Position numbers and translations under genes: made by a program. The notes below the pieces were generated by a model that worked only from the letters and a program-made list of their open reading frames with translations, did no database searches and had not been told where the DNA came from. A DNA stretch of 64,000 bases. Source: Selaginella moellendorffii (lineage: Eukaryota > Plantae > Lycopodiophyta). Of this stretch, positions 61,180 through 64,000 are shown in pieces; within the stretch, counting starts at the first letter, position 1, and the number at the start of each line of letters is the position of its first letter. Location of the stretch: the NCBI RefSeq assembly GCF_000143415.4, contig NW_003314266.1:2553399-2617398 (forward strand), written 5' to 3'.

Positions 61180-61865
61180 CTTGAATTTGGATTTTTTGAG
61201 AGGTTATTTAACTTAGTACTATTTAAAAGTTTAACCCCAAATATCCTAAAACCCTTAACCAATTGGAAAAAAGGTTGCATTTTTTATTCACGAGCTGGAA
61301 ATCAAAATGGCAAGAACTCCAAATTGGCAAATAATGTACTCGTAGACAAACTTTGCTGTAGACTGTTGATCTGTTTGTCACAGAGGGGTGGCCTCAACCC
61401 ATTTTGTGAAATAGTCTGTCGCCACGATGATGTATTGTTGTCCTTTTGAGCTTAGTGGGTTGATCCGGCCGACGAAGTCTTTTCTCTCTATATTTGAATT
61501 TAATTGACCATCTTTCAAATTATTTTCTTTGGTTGTTTACAATCTATCATACTTTCTTGCCAAACTGGATTTGCATGTGGTATGATTTCCTAGCTAACTA
61601 ACACAATTGTACTTAAAACCCCTTAGATATCAAATGTAATTTTTTGAAGTTGTATTTAAAACCCCTTAAATATCAAATGTAATTTTTTGAATTTAGACTT
61701 TCCGGGAAGTCACTTAGCCTACTACTAAGGACATTTAACTTTAAATATCCCAAAACCCTTAACTGATTGAAAAATAATATGCACTTTTATTCATAAGCCC
61801 TTTCTCTCTATATTTAAACTCAATGAATTATCTCTTAAGTAATTCTTTTTGGTTGCTTACATTCC
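61180..61865 (+). repeat. Duplicated AT-rich unit plus a short tandem repeat
   Basis: 61180-61295 resembles 61687-61797 and 61480-61545 resembles 61800-61865. TTAAAACCCCTTA.ATATCAAATGTAATTTTTTGAA occurs twice at ~61613-61691. Confidence 0.7.
61296..61480 (-). mobile_element. Isolated Ty3/gypsy integrase (rve) fragment
   Basis: DFVGRINPLSSKGQQYIIVATDYFTKWVEATPL*..AKFVYEYIICQFGV. Confidence 0.85.
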
Positions 61866-63103
61866 AACTTGAGTGTCTTTCAAACCCTAGCACTAGAAAC
61901 AATTCTTCACTTAAAACTTTTCTTCAATAAGCCAAACTAATACTAGTATTATTAGACTATAAATATAAGATAATAATATTTTTCTTATTACTACCTTTCT
62001 GAGTTTAGGGTTTTGAAGTTATGACATTTTATTTAGGGATCTTTATAGGCCCCAATCCACCTCTATTCATAACAATCTTTTAGGCTCTAGTGAAAAGCTT
62101 GAATATGAATTACCACCCCATAAACCCTGTCTCGCCCTACTTTTAGTCTAAAGCTTTGCCCAAACAGCTATGTTGGGGCAAAAACATAAATTTGTGGGAT
62201 GTGCCTACTTCAGTTCTCACACATTAATGACCTGTAGCTTTGATATAAGGAGAGCAGGATCATAATTCTCTAGGAAAGCTCACAATTACTCAAGGTACAT
62301 CATGAATTCACCTTCCAAATAGAGTGACTTGCCCCATTTCTCACCCAAACAATCCTCTCCATTGAAAAATCCCACACTTGCTCTCAATTTCTCCATTGTG
62401 CGCTTGGATCTTGGCCTCTTGAATGTGCTGCCATTGTCAATTTGATCCAAAGCCCACACCTATATTGAAAGACATAAGTGCAAGTATAAGTAACAATCTA
62501 AGTATTGAATTCACCACAAACAGTGAATTGCAATGCCCACTAGCCATAGCCATTGTTAGAGCTTGGGGCTGCCTCCATGCAAGGCTTATACAACCCACTT
62601 GGTGATCAAGAGGCATATTGCTAGAGACAACACACTTAGCGATTAGTCTAGCCATGTCTTGAGAATTGTGACATTTTTGCTAGTGTGCAGTGATTGAGAG
62701 GCTTGGCTGCCAGAGACAACATACCTAGCAGCCCTGTTCTTAAGAATTGTGACAATTTCTCATAGGCAACAATTAAACCCTAGCACATGATCTATCACAA
62801 TTTCACCAACCAATCACAACTTAAGTTGTGCTTATCTCCCATTAGTCGTTGGATTAGGATTGATTTGATGGCAAAGAGTTTGCAATTAGCAATTATGAGT
62901 GAATAATCTTCTCAAATCCGCTATGGAGGGCAGAAGATATCTCCTTAGCATTTTATATGGCTGTCAGATGCTTTCTTAGCATTTTACATTATAGATATAT
63001 TTTAGCTTATTAAAAAGTAAGATTTATTTATAATTATGACTAAATATATAATAATAAATTAAATCTAACTTATAAATCTTTAAACTTAATAGTATGCAAA
63101 AGA

Positions 63104-63967
63104 TTATGGTGCATTCCATATACATCTTTTTGTAACATTATCACAAAGGATTATGTAACCATCATTGATTACACAAAGTGCCATTATTTTCCATTTATTT
63201 TTCCAATATATGTTAATTGACCACATCACAATATTTTTATTATCATATATTACAAGGTTTCCATCTGTTTGTAATCTTAAAAAACAGCCTTTTCCTTTAT
63301 CATCTGTTTTAGTTTTCCAAATAATAGTTTTTCCTTTAAAAAGTAAAAGCACACAATTCAATTGCATATATAATGAGTATTGTCTATTTGGTGATATAAG
63401 AATTTGTCCAGCATATAAGTTAGAAAATGATGAAAAGTTATCTATACTTCTAATACAAGTTTGTCTCCACGTACAATCAGTTTTAGCTGTATTTATAAAT
63501 ATAAATGCATTTTCTAAATATATAGAATCTTCACTTTCTTCAATCTTATATAAAATACTAAAGCTTTCAAATATGTATTCAGAAATTGGAAAATTTAAAA
63601 TACCATAATCATTTTCTATATATCTAGTGTATATATATTCAAATATTTTTTTTGGATAAGAACCATAATAGGGATTTGAATATTGAGGGAATATACTACA
63701 AAGTGATTCATAATATGGTGGTGTAACAAAAGTACGCAAAGGGGTTAACACAATTTTAATTTCATGATGCACAAAGATAATTGAATTTCCAGGAATATAT
63801 GGAGATAAAGTATTAATTGATTCTATTGCAGCTCTTATAGTTCTTAAAATTAAAACTTTTGTTACTTCTAAAATACGGTGATTTCCTTCTCTGTTGATTG
63901 TTATTGCAAAAAGAATTTGGGGAAGAGATATTAAGACCATAGCTAAAAATAATGTTTTTCTAAACAT
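63104..63967 (-). CDS. Intronless AT-rich secreted protein with a C-terminal bulb-type (GNA) mannose-binding lectin domain
   Basis: 287-aa ORF; signal peptide; NLYAGQILIS..YSLYMQ.NC.L..IWKT; QTDGNLVIY (QxDxNxVxY). Confidence 0.75.
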   Translation of the reverse strand: MFRKTLFLAMVLISLPQILFAITINREGNHRILEVTKVLILRTIRAAIESINTLSPYIPGNSIIFVHHEIKIVLTPLRTFVTPPYYESLCSIFPQYSNPYYGSYPKKIFEYIYTRYIENDYGILNFPISEYIFESFSILYKIEESEDSIYLENAFIFINTAKTDCTWRQTCIRSIDNFSSFSNLYAGQILISPNRQYSLYMQLNCVLLLFKGKTIIWKTKTDDKGKGCFLRLQTDGNLVIYDNKNIVMWSINIYWKNKWKIMALCVINDGYIILCDNVTKRCIWNAP

Positions 63968-64000
63968 TTTTTACCAATATACAAGATATCTTTTAGAAAA

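Overview
Gene-dense plant nuclear DNA with very short introns (about 45-75 nt), PLS-type PPR remnants and four 100-N gaps. These traits suggest a lycophyte such as Selaginella (inference). Apparently intact genes: lipoxygenase, GH27 alpha-galactosidase, cupin_3, a conserved plastid protein, two intronless divergent kinases, CCT1/TCP-1 alpha, a zinc ADH (HER2-like), DUF604 glycosyltransferase, an almost intronless ABCG31-like PDR transporter, two inverted annexins, NTAQ1, neutral ceramidase, PGAP3/Per1 and an AT-rich bulb-lectin ORF. Between them lie LINE and Ty3/gypsy remnants, two hairpin elements, and deletion-riddled pseudogenes or fragments (BAT1 with an internal inversion, two TIO/FUSED copies, CCT1 fragments, UPF0114, PPR, 2-ODD). 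Top finding: an 11-exon gene at 29119-30592 (-) that the ORF track fragments. It splices into a ~284-aa protein with the N-terminal motif, UIM-like helix and C-terminal GLSR-x6-LHP motif of vertebrate RAD51AP1, making it a candidate plant RAD51AP1. Also notable: an 8-Cys secreted peptide hidden by a G8 frameshift, and an NTAQ1/annexin antisense CDS overlap. All family assignments are from recalled motifs, not database searches.
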